Below are positions 33,852 through 48,420 of a stretch of DNA of 64,000 nucleotides, one piece after another. Every line of letters begins with the position of its first letter. Positions within the stretch are counted from its first letter, which is position 1. Made by a program: the position numbers and the translations under genes. Source of the DNA: Prorocentrum cordatum. Taxonomy: Eukaryota. The notes under the pieces are model-generated. The model was not told the origin of the DNA. It saw only the letters and a program-made list of their open reading frames with translations, and ran no database searches. The stretch lies in NCBI GenBank assembly GCA_963575745.1, contig CAUYUJ010000325.1, positions 186,001 through 250,000 of the forward strand. Direction: 5' to 3'.

Positions 33852-36800
33852 GCACCGAGAGGGTAGCGGGAAATAGGAGTGAGAGCAGCAAGGGCAAGGG
33901 CAGGAAGGAAGCGGGGATCTCGGCCTCTGCGGGCATCAATCTGGCTGATAGTTATGTCCCTCGGCCCCTCTTGCAACCCCTCGGGAGTGAGCTTGGATCG
34001 CGCTCCTCCTGGTCGCCGTCCGCGGCGTCTAGAGCGGTGACCATCTAATGTCGCTTGCGGCTGCATTCGTCGGATTAGCGGGTGCCGAACGCGGCATCTC
34101 CGCTTGGGCAAGTGGGTGGCGGGCGCGGCATCTCCACCTTTGCATTGGCAAGCGGCCTTGCCGTCGTGCAAGCCAGCTGCCCCGGGCATTTAACGGGCGC
34201 TGCCACGCGCGCCGGCAGAAGGTAAATTATGACAGGTTCTTGGCTCTGGCTCGCGACCAGTGCCATTCTTGCTGAGTAAGAAAACAGATAGTGGAGTGGT
34301 CGTCACCACCTGAAAAAAAAGGCACAATGAATGGAACCCCCTGGCTGGTGGGCGCCGAGCGCGGCAGCTCCACTCTTGCAGCGCGGACATGCGTAATCGG
34401 CCACCATGGGCGGCGAAGAAGCACATGGCAACGGCACAGATAGGCGGCGCATAGCGGCGGCATGCTTCGCGCTATCCCCCTAGATGTCTTGGGCTTGGGC
34501 CTCTCGGCCCCCATCATATGAATCCACCTGTTCTGCTGGTCCCGGCGCAGACTGCGATGCATCCCCGTGAGATCCGGAACGCAAGTCGGGTGATTCTGGC
34601 GACGCCGCGGCCCGTGTTTGTTGCGCCGGAAAGCGGGTTGTGCCCAACTCGCGCGTTGCGCTGGTTGAGGGCGCGCCCGTGCATCTTCGCGGGCGCAACT
34701 GTAGGTGTCGATCCGCTCCACGAAACAACACTTGCTGATGATGAGGTGGAAATCGTCATGAGCGTTGATGGCAAACTCGATCCATGCGGCGACGCAGGCG
34801 CAGCTGGTGCCGCTGCTGCTAAGCCGCTGGTTGAGGATGATGACTGGCTCTGCGCGGCGACGAACGCTGGCGGTGATTCCGCCATCGGCTGATCTCCATC
34901 GTCGCCCTCGGGGCCGGGGCTGGCCTGTCGCGGTGACGCCCGCCGAGGCGGCGTCCATGCAATCCTGGATTGTGCCCGGCTGCGATGTCCGATGCCTGCT
35001 TTTCGCTCACCATGTCTTTATGCGTCCAGGTATTCTGGCACATCAGAAACCACATCGTAGCAAATATACTAAATCCCATAACGACACCAACCATTAGAGC
35101 CATCGTCATGAGATACCACGCGCGCCAACAATAGCTGTCGTCAGGTGTCGCAACCGCAGGCGCAGGCGCGGGCTGCCCCTTGACGAGGCCAAGAATATAG
35201 GTCGCGAGTACAGAGGCGAACACGGCGGCACGTGGCTTCCGCGCTCCGAAGCTGTGATTCCTGGCACCGAAGAAGGCGAGCAGCGCCCCCGCCTCCATGA
35301 TCTTGGCGAGCGCATCGGCGGCCACGCTCCACGCAGGGACCCATGTGAGCTTCATGTGGCTGTTGGCGTGCGCGGACTCCTTGATCGTCGCCGCGGCGAT
35401 CCGGAACCGCTGGTCGGTGGACTGGCTGTTATGGCCCAGTGCAGCGACCGGCGCGCTGACCCCACCCCCCTTCGCGAGCAAAGGTGCGTCGCGCATGCGT
35501 CGCCCGCGCGCCGCCCGTGCGTCGGCCGCCGAAAAGGCCAGCCGCCGTCTCGAACGTGCACGTCGCCCTCGCACGGAGGCAATTTGGTGAGTGCGTCGCC
35601 AGCGCGGCGGACACCCGCGTGGCGGATCGCACGCGCGTCGCCCGCTCCACGGCCGCTGAGAAGGCCAGTCGCCTTCGGGAAAAAGAAAGTCGCCCACGCT
35701 GCGGCCCTCTCGGCGAGAAGGAGGCGGCCGCTGGGCTACCTCGGCACATCAGCAAATCCCTCTAACATTGCAAATGCAGCGATGCTGCTGAACGCACCCC
35801 GGCGCTAGGCCAGCAGGTCCCCGCAGCCGCCGCCACAGCCGCCGCGACCGCCGCCAGCGCCAAAACTACCACCGCCACGATCGCCACAAACGGATGCGAC
35901 CGCAACCACATCCACCGCGACGATTACGGCCAACACCATTTACCGCCATCACCAACACCACGACCACCACGCTTCTCGCGACCACCACAGAGACCGACAC
36001 CAGCACGATCACCGACGTGACCACCACCAGCACGCCCACTACCAGCGGCGCGACCACTGCCAGCGCGACCACGGTGACGAACGCGACCACGACCATGGCA
36101 AAACACGCACGTGAGAACTACGAACGCGAGGAGACCAATAGACGACGTGGAGATGCAGCGCGTACGGACTAATCCATTTCAAGCGCACGCCCCGTCAGAA
36201 TTTTGACATCGGTTCGTCGCTGCAGCGATTTGGCGACGTCTCGCCCGCCGATGCATTGGGGGGAAAAAGAAGGTGGAAGCGAGGCAAGGGAAGGGCGGGC
36301 GGACAAGGGAACGGACGGGCGAGGAGGGGGCGCGCCAGCCTCAGCCTGCCTCAGCCTTAGCCTGCATCAGCCTCATCCTCAGCCCCAGCCTGCCTCAGCA
36401 TCAGCCTGCCTCAGCCTCAGCCTCAGCCTCAGCCTCAGCCTCAGCCTCAGCCTCAGCCTCAGCCTCAGCCTGCTTCAGCCTCAGCCTGCCTCAGCCTCAG
36501 CCTCAGCCTCAGCCTGCCTCAGCCTCAGCCTGCATCAGCCTCAGCCTCAGCCTCAGCCTGCCTCAGCATCAGCTTCAGCCTGCCTCAGCCTCAGCCTCAG
36601 CCTGCCTCAGCATCAGCCTCAGTCTGCCTTCAGCCTCGGCCTCAGCCCCAGCCTGCCTCAGCAACGGCCTGCCTCAGCCTCAGCATCAGCCTGGCTCAGA
36701 ATTCAAAATGTGGCCCAGGAATCATTTCTGGGAGCTCGAAAAACACGAAGTGGCGTACAGTTGGCTCCGGGCATTCAAATTCATCCCCAGGAATGAAATT

Positions 36801-38061
36801 CTGGGAACTCGAAGACCACGAAGAGGCCTACAGTTGGCTCCGGGCATTCAAAATCACGCCCAGGAATGGAGTTCTGGGAACTCGAAGACCACGAAGTGGC
36901 TTACAGTTGGCTCCGGGTATTCAAAATGTGGCCCGGGAGTGGAGTTCTGGGAACTCGAAGACCACGAAGTGGCCTACAGTTGGCTCCGGGCATTCCGAAT
37001 GTGGCCCGGGAATGGAGTTCTGGGACGTCGAAAACCACGAAGTGTGTAACTGTTTGCTGTAAACGACTTCTGCGGTTTCTCCCGGAACCTGCCCAGACCC
37101 CGCTGGGGAGTCAAGATGATCTCTTTTGACTCCATTAGAAACCTATCAGTCTTCGCTGTTAAGTAAAAATCGGGGATGGGCAGACGTAAAACGTGGTTTA
37201 GCGAAAACGACCTGAGGCCCAAACCTGGCAGGCGCACGCCTGGGAAAATAACGGCCGCGGCGCCCTCTCGAGAACCGAAAACGGACAACTCACTAATCGA
37301 CGTGTCACTGTTGAGGGTTCTGTCCACCCGCGAAAGAATGGAATCGCCGACGGCGCTTGCCGCTTGGGAAAGCCGGCAGGTGCTGGCGTCGCTGCCACTC
37401 GCATTGCACTGGGCGTCGCTTGCGCTGCTCACGAAGATGAGGTAAGGAATGAGATTGCCGTCGGCGTCGCTGACGCAGCTCGAGGCGGGGTAGGAAATGG
37501 CATCGCCGTCGGCGTCACTGACGCTGCTCGCGAAGGCGGGGCAGGGGATGAAATCGCCGTCGGCGTCGCTGACGCTGTTCGCGAAAGCGAGGCTGGGAAT
37601 GAAATGGTTGTCACGATGCGAAGAGCTGGCAGGCGGCGTCGCTGACGCTCCGCATTGGGCTCGGCGTCGCAGGCGCTGATGGCGTTGAGCACAGCGCGGC
37701 AGAGCACAAGGGCGACGCTGGTCGTCGACCCCATGGGCAGACGCGTCGCGGGCGTCGTCGTGGAACACGCGCGGCCCGAAGGCCGGGGCAGCGAGCCTCG
37801 CCCCAAGCTGCCGACGCGGCATGGAAGGGCGCGCAACGTGCCGATGTATAGTTTTATTCTCTCGCGCGGCGAGGCGCGGCGTAGCTTGCTGGCCAAGGGC
37901 CCTACGCGATGAAACTGAACCGCTGAGGGCAGCGGGAATAAGGGCGAGAGCAGCAAAGGGCAAGGGCGGGAAGGAAGCGGGGATCTGGCCTCTGCGGGGC
38001 CTCCATCTGGCCGATATGCCCCTCGGCCCCTCTTGCGAACCCTCGGGAGCGAGCTCGAATC
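33852..38061 (-). mobile_element. Second copia-like element: two LTR-like direct repeats, gag start, RNase H end and C-terminal extension; internally deleted and interrupted
   Basis: ~140-bp direct repeats at 33857-34000 and 37923-38061; purine tract AAGCGGAGA followed by TG at ~34105-34095 (-); RNase H tail DQRFRIAAATIKE...LTWVPAWSVAADALAK at ~35290-35420; leader region similar to 8780-8842. Confidence 0.7.
36335..37167 (+). repeat. Composite cassette: (CTCAGC)n, 73-bp satellite (~5 copies) and conserved tail, inserted in the copia remnant
   Basis: TTGGCTCCGGG at 36761, 36834 and onward (period 73); the tail matches 23755-23848. Confidence 0.85.
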
Positions 38062-38169
38062 ATACCAGGCCCACGTTCACACTCCAGCAGAACTTTAGGC
38101 AGCCAAAGCCCCGGTGCCACCGCAAACCTGCGAGGGAACATGGGAAAGTAGCCTCGGCTAGTGAGCGCG

Positions 38170-41100
38170 ATCGTTAAAATAATGGTGGTTCGATGTTCCG
38201 TGGCCGTAGACACATGCAGGCGCAGCTTTCTCTTGGAGCTCGGGCTGCAGATTCCCAATTGGCCGGCGCGGGGCCCTCCGCATTCGATGGTTTCCTTCTC
38301 ATGGTCGTAAACTCCCCGGGTCTCAATATCACGATGGCTCTCCTCTGCGCATGCCCGTCGGTGGTCATGAAAGGCCAGGGCAAGACTCGACGCGCGCGCT
38401 TCGGGGGATTTCTCAAATCAGTTCGGCCACCGTGGGCGGCGATGGGAGACTTCATCATGGACCCAGCCGCCTTGCAAGCACCCAGCTTTGCCCAGAAGCT
38501 CGACGAAGCCACCGAGACGGCTCGCGGTTAGAGTGGAACCTGTGCACAGAAAAACAAAAGCGATTCCTTGTTGCACTACATGCATGGCTCGCTGTCGGCA
38601 GTCTCACTCGTCGAAGACATTCGGCCGGTGCGAGATATGAGTTGGAAGCGACTCGCAAGACCCCACCTTTTCACTTGCGAGCACGGGGCTTCAGTTGATC
38701 AAGAGAGTTCTCGAGATCCAGCCGCAGCGCGACCCCCCGCTCTCCGATTCGAGCCAGCCCCCCACCCTGTACAACGCAAGCTCAAGACCATAACACTCAG
38801 GAGCCAAAGCAGAATCCGCCTGGTCCCCGTAGCCCCTCCTTCCCCACGAGCTCTGGCGTGAACTCGGGGAGAGGGGGGCCTTCTCGAAATGCCAAATACT
38901 TGCATATGCATGCTCCCCCCCCCTTTGCTGGATTTCGTAGAAGGTAGGCTCGGGGCCACAAACTCCGTTACAATATGAACTCGACGCACATCGCGGGCCA
39001 CCGCGGCGAAAAACACTACCTCGACGCAACATTATCAGACCGGGCCGGAAGCTTCGAGAGCCCGCGGAGCGCACCTCTGGTCTCACAGGCCTCACGAGGC
39101 GGACCACCGACGACAGCCTTACCCGAGAGGCGCCAAACCTCCAAGATAAACACGAGTGCGCACGGCAGTGGCAGGTATGGCTCGACATACTGTATGGGGC
39201 AATGGACATGATCAGCTGCTAGAGTATCGGGCGACCTGCCACGAGCTGCTTGGAGGTTACCCTGCTGATATCCATGAGATATCACGAGCAGGTAGGGGCC
39301 CACCTTGGAACTGGTGGCAGAACTTCCCGCGAGGAGGCGGTCGGCCAATGCTTCGTGCGCTGGAGTCGTGAGACAGGTATGCGGGACGTGCTGCGACCAA
39401 ATCTCAGACCTTGATAGATCACTAGATGACTTCCGCCAATGGGTTCAATATCAGTATGCGCGTGGAGCCGCACACATTTCCCTCAAGCGGCAGAACCTCT
39501 CTCACCCGCGTGACCTCATGGACCAGAAGGCATTACACTACAAGGAGGTATGGGCTCCAACGCAGGCCAGATTATCAGACACTCAAAACATATTTCGACG
39601 CATCAAAGCTGACGCCCGGGATAACCCCCTGGAGCAGATGTCCGAAGCTGCCGCTGAGGCGGCATGTCAACGCATGGAAGCAAAGACTGGAATAGGCGCG
39701 GAAGGATACACACATTTTGATTTCGTGAGAAACTACCGCGTGCAGGACTCGCAGACATGGCATTGCTGTTCGAGGCACTCGAAGCAACCCGCTCGCGGCC
39801 GATACAGGCGTTATTGAGGTTATGTAAGATCACGCAGAAACAACGACCGATGACAGACCTATCGTCGTTGCAACCGCTCTTAGACACGCATGGCGCGCAT
39901 GGTCTTCGAGTCGAGAGGGCGATGTCCGAGCTGGTCTCGCGACGAGGCGATGCAGTGGGACGCCGGGGCGCGGGGCAACTCATGCCTCCAAGGCGCCTCT
40001 TCGGTCTCGGGGCGAAGAACGGACCGCGCATTCCAGACGCAGCGCGCCCGCGCGTTTTCGAATATCGGCACATTCTACGACTCGATGTCCTGGGCGCAGC
40101 TTGCGGAAGTGGCGTTCAGGCCGCGCGTCCTACCGGCGGTGGTACACCGCTGCGCGTTCCAATGTGTCTCACCGCGGGCTCTGGAAAATAGGGGGGCGGC
40201 CCCTGGGGCTCTTGAACCCGGACTGAGCGTTGTCCAAGGCTTGCGCTCCGGCACTCGCTTTGCCGATGCCCCCGCGCACTTCTTCGTGGGAGACGTCGCC
40301 GCGACGCGCCCAACTATGAGGCGAAGGCTGCAGGTGGACGAGCCGCCCCAAACACCGCGCGGGTCTAGAAAGGCGATCCGACAAATGATGGCGGACAGCA
40401 TCGCGAGAGCGGCAGGCTGTCGCAGAGACGTCGCAAAATGGCGTCAACATTGATCAGCGCGCGCTCCGCGTTGAACGACGCGAGGGCCAGTCCGAGCGGT
40501 TCGTATCAGAATGTTTCACAACGAGAGAATGTCGCAGGCCGCCTACCTGGGCGCCGATGTCGGGCGCGTCAGACTGGCGCGGTCGACGCGCTGGCTTCGC
40601 GCGCAGAAACACAAGTTGACGTCTTCAAAGATCAGGAGTTCCACGACGGTCGCCAGAAAATATCATCACTTCCTAGCTCCAGAAGCAGGGTGGAATCCCA
40701 GCAAGCCTATGCGAACACCAGACACGGGGTGCTGGGACAGCAATCGATGGCAGAACGATGGCGTCTTGCACAATATTGTTCTTCTGGGGGCCGAAGCAGA
40801 TGCGCCACCGCGATCCTGGACCTCAAGACCCCAGGGCAGGGCCCAGCCGTAGCCACCCCCAAGCAGGCCACATATCCATGGCTCAAAGTGTGGAAGGACA
40901 ACACGGCAGTGCGCGATGTGGTCAGGAACGCGCGGTCCAAAATTACCCAGCAACTCCCACGCTTTCCCCCTGCCGACCAGGTGCGGAACGTGCGTGGTCC
41001 GATTTCGGCCGTGGCGCTTGACCTTCTGTAGCTGCACCCCGGCCCCTATTCAGAATTGAACTACCCGGCTGGGGTTGGCAAACATGAAGACTGCACCTTT

Positions 41101-41760
41101 CCTAATGATTCGCCAACTGGGTACCCGAATGATGGTGAACCCATGGAGCTCCTCACAGACTTTGAAGACCCACGGCGCAGGAAGGTATGGCACCAAGAAA
41201 GCTCCCAACATACAGGAGCAGCCAACGGCAAACGGTTAGCTGAAACCATGGCAACGATTACTGCTGCCGGATGCGTGCCGATAGCGGGGGCGATCGACCG
41301 CATTCACAATTATGAGAAACAACAAACTATGTGGCAGGTGAGACAGGATGCCTGTGACTCTGCTGCAAAGGCGCTGAAAGCGCAGCGCCAACCAGGGCCC
41401 CAGAGCTTTTCAGACTTCTGAAGAACTCGCCCATCAGGCCACCACCCAGCTCCACACCGCTAAGGTTTTCTGGCTCAGGGGGCTCGCCCCTGAAGACTGG
41501 ACTCGGTTCCCCGAGCCCGTAGGTTCTGATGACTATGTGGACTGCGACGGGCGTGAAAGAGGTTGAAGGTGGGTGCGTCGGGCACGCGTCGCGCGGTTCC
41601 CCGATCCTGCCTGCTTCCGCAACTCAAAGCGGCATCGTCTCAGGCGCGTGGGAACTGCCACAACTCGGCTCAGTCATATATAACCGCCGTTGTCTTGGAC
41701 ACCTCTGCGTTGGCCCCTTGAGCGGTCAACGGCTGGTCGTGGCCAGGGGGGTCTCGGAGA
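38170..41760 (+). mobile_element. Heavily decayed non-LTR retrotransposon (endonuclease - RT - start of RNase H)
   Basis: PWAAMGDF (APE GDFN-like), KTGIGAEG, IGTFYDSM, SVVQGLRSG, VRGPISAV, FWLRGLAPEDW and GPLSGQ in successive frames. Confidence 0.65.
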
Positions 41761-42159
41761 CTTTTTCATTTGGGTATCCTGCACGAGTAGATACGCCAAG
41801 CGCATCGCCCGCCGCAGACCGTACTTTGGAGCCGCCGCGCCCCCCAAAACAGCCGCCGAATTCCTCCAAAGGGGTTGCGCAATTGTTCAATGAAACAATG
41901 CGATTTCTTTATAATACAAAAGCATGCGAGGCTGGGCGCGCAGGCCCGCCTGCAACGCCCCCCGACGAGCATCCAGTTTGAACCAGACATCGCCGCGGCC
42001 GTCGCGGTCATCACCGCCAAAACCACAAGATAACAAACATTACAATCATCGTCACACTGAGGGCACGTCGGCCTGCGTCGCCGCACATCGACTCCTTGCC
42101 GCAGCCGACCGCCGCGCCCCCCCAGCAGCATTTGTCGACAATGTTCAAGAGCAACGCCG

Positions 42160-42550
42160 CCGAAGGGGCCGCAGAAATCGCCGAAATCGCCGCCGAAATT
42201 GCCGCCGACATCGCCGCCGAAATCGCCGCCGAAAGCGCCGCCGAACTTGCCGCCGAACTTGCCGCCGAAATAATTGCGAACTCCGCCGAACAAGCCGCCG
42301 AAATTCAGCCGCCGAAATCGCTGCCGAAATGGGCGTCGCCCTGCCCCGAGCGAAATCACTGTTGCACTGAGCGCGATGATGCCGCGGGCGCAGGCATTGA
42401 GTCACAGCCTATGTCAATTTTGGCTTCATTCGGCGGCGCAAACGCAAACAGGAAAATCTGCAGCAATTTCGGCGGCAGTTTCGGCTACGATTTCGGCGGC
42501 AGCTCCGGCGGCAAATCGGCAGCAATTTCGCCCGCAATTTCGGCGGCCTT
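42160..42550. repeat. 12-bp GCCGCCGAAATC array followed by an inverted ATTTCGGCGGC array
   Basis: Forward units at 42160-42330, reverse-complement units at 42465-42550. Confidence 0.85.
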
Positions 42551-43609
42551 GTCGACGGCCCCTTCGGCGGCAAGGGAGCTCTCGGCACTCGGCGGCCCCG
42601 ACGGGCCCTGAGCAGGCCCTCGAAGGGCCTCGTCAGACTGCGTCTGCGAAGCAGCTCAAGCCACGCGTGATTGGCACGCGATAGCATGCGCAACGTGCAG
42701 AGCGAATGCCTCGCACGATGCGTCGGCGCACTCTAAGATGCGCCGGGGAACCGCCGCGCGGCAGGGCACGCCTGCGCGCTGAAACCATGGAGAAATATAT
42801 GATTTCGTTTGGAGCGAATTCCAGCGCGCGACCCTTTTCGTCTCCAAAGAGAAGGCCACTACGACGTCGCAGTGTCCGAACATGCGGCGGGCAGCTGGCG
42901 CGAAAAAAGAATGCAGTGCGCCCGAGGGTCGGGATGCGGACGCCTGGGCCCGGATGCGAAATCCGCCGATCCGGCGGGGTAGCGGGGGGGGTGTTCCGGC
43001 GGCGCGGGTTCCGGCGGCGGGCCCGCCTGTGCTCTGTCTCCCCAATCAGTGCTGTGCGCGACCTGCCTAGCTCGCAGCCGGAAGAAGCTCGCCCGCGACC
43101 CGCAGACCCAAAGAAAAATGCCCCGGCGGCGCGAGGGGGGGGGGCGAATCCGGCCCCCCGCCCCGCCTGTGGACAAGGGGCATTGCAGGAAGAGGGGGGG
43201 GGGGGGGGGCCGGTGGCCAGGGCGGCTCTGCCGGGGCAGTGAAAGGAGGGGTGGGATTCCAAGGGGGCCTGGCCCCCGCCCCGCCTGTGGACAGGAGGAA
43301 TTGGGGGAAAGAGGGGAAGGGGGTCCCGGCGGCGCGGGCACCGATGGCGCGGGGGGAAGGAAGGGGTTCTGCGGCGCGCGAATTTGACGGGGGCCCAGCT
43401 ACTGTCTCGAGGCTGAACTTCAAAGCCTGAGCGGCTCTGCTGGGGAAGGAGGGGAAAGGGGGGTGCGCGCGTGCGCGGGGCACTGTTTATCCACGCACGC
43501 GAAAGAAATCGGGGAACGAGCGAGGGAGAAGCGGGGCGGGACACAAGCGGAAAACGGGAAACAAATGAAGGGGGGGACGCAGATGGCGGTGAAATGCGTG
43601 TCTCTTGTT

Positions 43610-44470
<861 letters not shown>

Positions 44471-46399
44471 CTGTCGGCGAAGTGTCGCCGCCCAGGTCGG
44501 AGGGCGCCCCGAGCGACCCGGGTAGGCTGCATTGGCCGAAAGCCACTACAATGTGATGCCATTCAGTCTCCACTGCAAAATTGTCGCCCAGCGCGCCCGC
44601 ACCTTGAAGGCGAGGGCGACGCATTTGCGGGGGGGAAATTGCGCAGTCTCGCGTTAGCCAATGCTGTCGCAGACGAAATCGCCTCGCAAATCACGCTGCG
44701 AAGGTTTAGGGAGTCACCGAGGAAATGAAACAGATCCACGACCGTCGGGCCACGCTGGTCCGCGCGCGCTCGCTCGGGCCCACGCTCGACCGTCTTGCGG
44801 CTGAGAAGGCTGCTGCGTTAGAGGCTCGGGATGGAAAAGCAAGGCCCCCACACACGCACCCACGCACACACGCGCGCACACACGCAACCCCACCCACCCC
44901 CACCCGCCCCCCCAATGCTGCCGCCCTCGCTCCCCTGGTGCCGGGTCGCAAGCCCCCTTAATGCAAAATTGCGTCGGGTCGGCAACGCCCCCCGCCTGTA
45001 GGTAGCAAGATCCGACGCGGCGGACACTGGCCGCGCTCTCCCCACCCCCTCAACAATCGCACTGTTCTGGAGATATGGCCCCGTGGGCGGCGCGGGGCCA
45101 TGACTGGCGAGCAGCCGAGGTCGCCGGGCAAACCCTGCGCCCCCCCCCCCCCCCCCCGCCAACACGTTGGGGCAAGGCCTATAACAACATAAAGATCGGC
45201 TCAACTTCAAAATCCGAGACGAGGCCAACCAGCAACGGCTGCTGGACAGGTCATTTCTTGAATCGTTCCAGTCCGACACTATTGCGCCTGCAACTGGTTT
45301 TTGCGCACGCTCCTTCTCCCGCCATCATCCCCCCCTCCGTCCTGCTCCTCCTCCTCCGTGTCCTCCTTGTCCTCCTTGTCCTCCTCCTCCATACCCCCCC
45401 CCTCCCTCCTGTTCCTGCGCCTGCTCCTGCGCCTCCTTCTCCCCCTCCCCCCCCTTCCTGCCCGCCCCCCCCCGCCCCCCTCCCCCCCTTTCCCATCTCG
45501 GCCCGGCGGCGCCAGAGTTGGCCCCGCACCCCGTCGCCGCGGGGGCCGCCGGGCAAGCGGGGAAGTCTATAGTCTGCTAATTACGGCGGGGAGAAGGAGG
45601 GGGGGGAGGAGGGGGGGGAGGGAGGAGGAGGGGGCGGTCGCGCAGAAGGCGCACCGGCACGGGCGGCCCGGCAAGGGAATGGGAGGGAGGGGGAGGGGAA
45701 AGGGGGACGGGGGGCGGCGGTGTCCGTCGGTGTGGTGGTGGTGGTCAAGCTGGTGGCCGTGGTGGTCGTGGTGGTCATGCTGGTGGTGGTCGTCGTGGTG
45801 GTCGTGATGTGGGTGGTCGCGGTGGCTGGTCGGTGTGGTCGGTGTGCTGGTGGTCGTGGTGGTCGTGCTGGCGGTGGTGATGTCCCGCCTTCCCTCCCTT
45901 CGCCCCTCCCCCCTCTCCTGCTTCGGTCCCTAATCAATTTCCCTCCATGCTCCCCCCCTCCCTTCTTCCTCCTCCACCCCCCTCCCCCTCCTCCTCCCCC
46001 TCCCCCCCCTGACCACCATCATCAACGCTGGGCCCAAAAGAGGTGCGAGCCGCGCAGCTGCGCGGGAGCTTCGCGCTGTTCGGGGTCGTCGGCAGCGACG
46101 TCTTGGCCAAGTGAGCGGACGGTGCCAGAATCGGTGCCAAAGTCGGAGCCCGCCGCTGGATGTGCCGCGCGCGGTGCAGTGGGATCTGAGCTGGCGGCAG
46201 CTGGCCTCGCAGGCGGACTCGGCGCCGCTCCAGGGGCGGGGGGGGGGCCCGCGCCTTCCAGCTCGATCCAGCTACAATGCCATGGGCATCATGATCCTCT
46301 CCGCGCCGCGCGCAGGCGCACCCGCGAGGATCGGGGTCGCTGTCGATTGTGAAGCCCCTTCCGTCCTCTGGCGCAGGTTGGTCGGTGAGTTCTGGCGTC

Positions 46400-48420
46400 G
46401 GCAGATCCTCCCCCATGCCCTCCATGCTCCCGCCACGTCCAAAAATATCAGGTTCCTCATCCATGGGCCCGCCGAGATTGAATGCCTCGTTCTCTTCGTC
46501 GCCGGGGTCGCGCAGTGGAGGTGCCCCGATCATCTCCTTTCGCTGTTCAAGATGCTCTTGGATGTGGGCACCTCGATCAGCTTTTCCGGATAATTTGAGA
46601 CCCTCCGCAGCTCTTTGTTGGATTACGTATATCAGCGTACCCTGCATGTAGTGCACCTTCTTGATGCGAGCCTTAAATTTGCCGAGCGTCAGAATGTCCA
46701 TATGATGTCGTAGTACTTGCACTGCCCCACGGTCTGCTCGTTCGTTGCGTTCGCGTGCTCGTCGACCCGCTGGCCGTTCATTCTCACGTTCAGCTTGCTT
46801 CTGACGACTGCGAACTTTGCGCATTTTTAAATCATCCTCCCCCTTGGCCTGCATCGCCCTCTGCATTCGAGTCCAATGATCGCGATGTGACTTGAATCGA
46901 CTGCTACGTCTTGATATTATTGCCGTTAAACCCTTCGCGTCGCAGTCCGAATACGCGACATATACTTGCCGAGACCAAGCCCAAGCAGCCCATCGTAGTG
47001 CCGACCGCACCTCTGACCGTCGTGCATTGGGGCCCCTGCAAGTGCGCCGTCGCATTGCGTGAACGTGCTGGCCCGTAGTGCTCCCCCCGCCCCGCCATTC
47101 CCAGGCGGGCGCCGATCTGTCCTGCCGGTGCTGCTCCGTCGCCTGCGACCACCAGGTAGCCCTCCGAATCAACCGACACCGCGTCCTCGTCCGCGTCGTC
47201 GAGATGCAGGGGTGCTGGGCCTGGGTGTTCTTGTGCTCGCAGCACTATGCGTGAGAACTGCCTGTCCAGGTCGCCACCGTCGAACATGATGCCTGTGAGC
47301 TTGGGATCATGGGAATGGTCGCAATCTGCTCCACCGCATATCTATCATGGAACCATTGCCGTGGTGCACTGAATGCAGTGCACTCATGCAGCTCGTGAAG
47401 CAATGTCTCAGGTTGTTGCGAAGCGCAGTCTGTGCGTCTGTTGCTGCTCATATACTTTGCTGTGCATAACTTCTCCGACGTGATTAACCCAGCATGCCAT
47501 AACACTATGCGCGCTGCCCGTCGTGTGTAGTTCCATCGATGTGGCTGTAGTGCTGGTGCTCCTGGGTCATCAGAAGCGTGGAACTCTTGTCTTTCCGTCG
47601 CCTCGCTCTGTAGCGCTTTACCGTCGCATCGTAGTCAGCTCCTGCTTTAATGCCTTCGTATTCAGCACGCAGCGTCGATCCTCGTTAGCATGCACGTGGG
47701 AAAAACTCTTCCTCGAACTGAACAACAAGTCGCCCGAGCTCAGCAGATCAAACTTGGGTTGAAAACCCCGGGCACCGGTGCCAAACACACCCGTCGCAGG
47801 GTTCAAATTAAGATAGGAAGTCCTCTCGGTAACGGCCATGGCTCGGCGAAGATGGATCGGCGGCTTCATCGCCTTTAGCGCGCCGCCCAAATCATCGGCG
47901 CATGCGTGGACCATGCCGAACCCAGCTGCGAAGCGCCCGTGCAAGTTACGAAGAGCAAGCGACAAGGCAACGACAAAGGAGGAACCCGATAGCGCGTCGC
48001 CCAGGATTACCCAATATCGGAACCAAAACGCATGCAGCAACGAACATCAACAGCGCTGTCGGGCACCCCATCTTGGACAAAACCAGGAGGACAAACTCCT
48101 GCGACAGTCTCGGGCCCGAATGACGCACCCCAGCTTGGACAGAACGCGTGTCCGTAATCAAGCGCGTACAGAAGAGGGCAGTCGTCGTTTGCCTGGGCCT
48201 GGCAGAGCGAACGCGGGCCAACGCATTTACGTCCAGGATAGTCATGCAAAACCTGCTTCCCATCATGTAGGCCCGTTGGTCCCCGCCGAAAGGCTTTCGT
48301 GGCAGTTGAGACTGGTAGTTCAGAACGACAAAACACGAACAGGGTTGACATCGCGCTCGCATCCACCGTCGGCCGCGTCAGTGACCAAGGCTCCCCTCGA
48401 CAGGAACGCCTGGATGGTGA
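46400..48420 (-). mobile_element. Decayed non-LTR retrotransposon fragments (RT, Cys/His motif, RNase H)
   Basis: DQRAYMMGSRFCMTILDVNALAR and HACADDLG (RT); DC...ETLLHELHEC; RSEVRSAL...YSDC...RKVRS...NERADRGA (RNase H-like). Confidence 0.7.
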
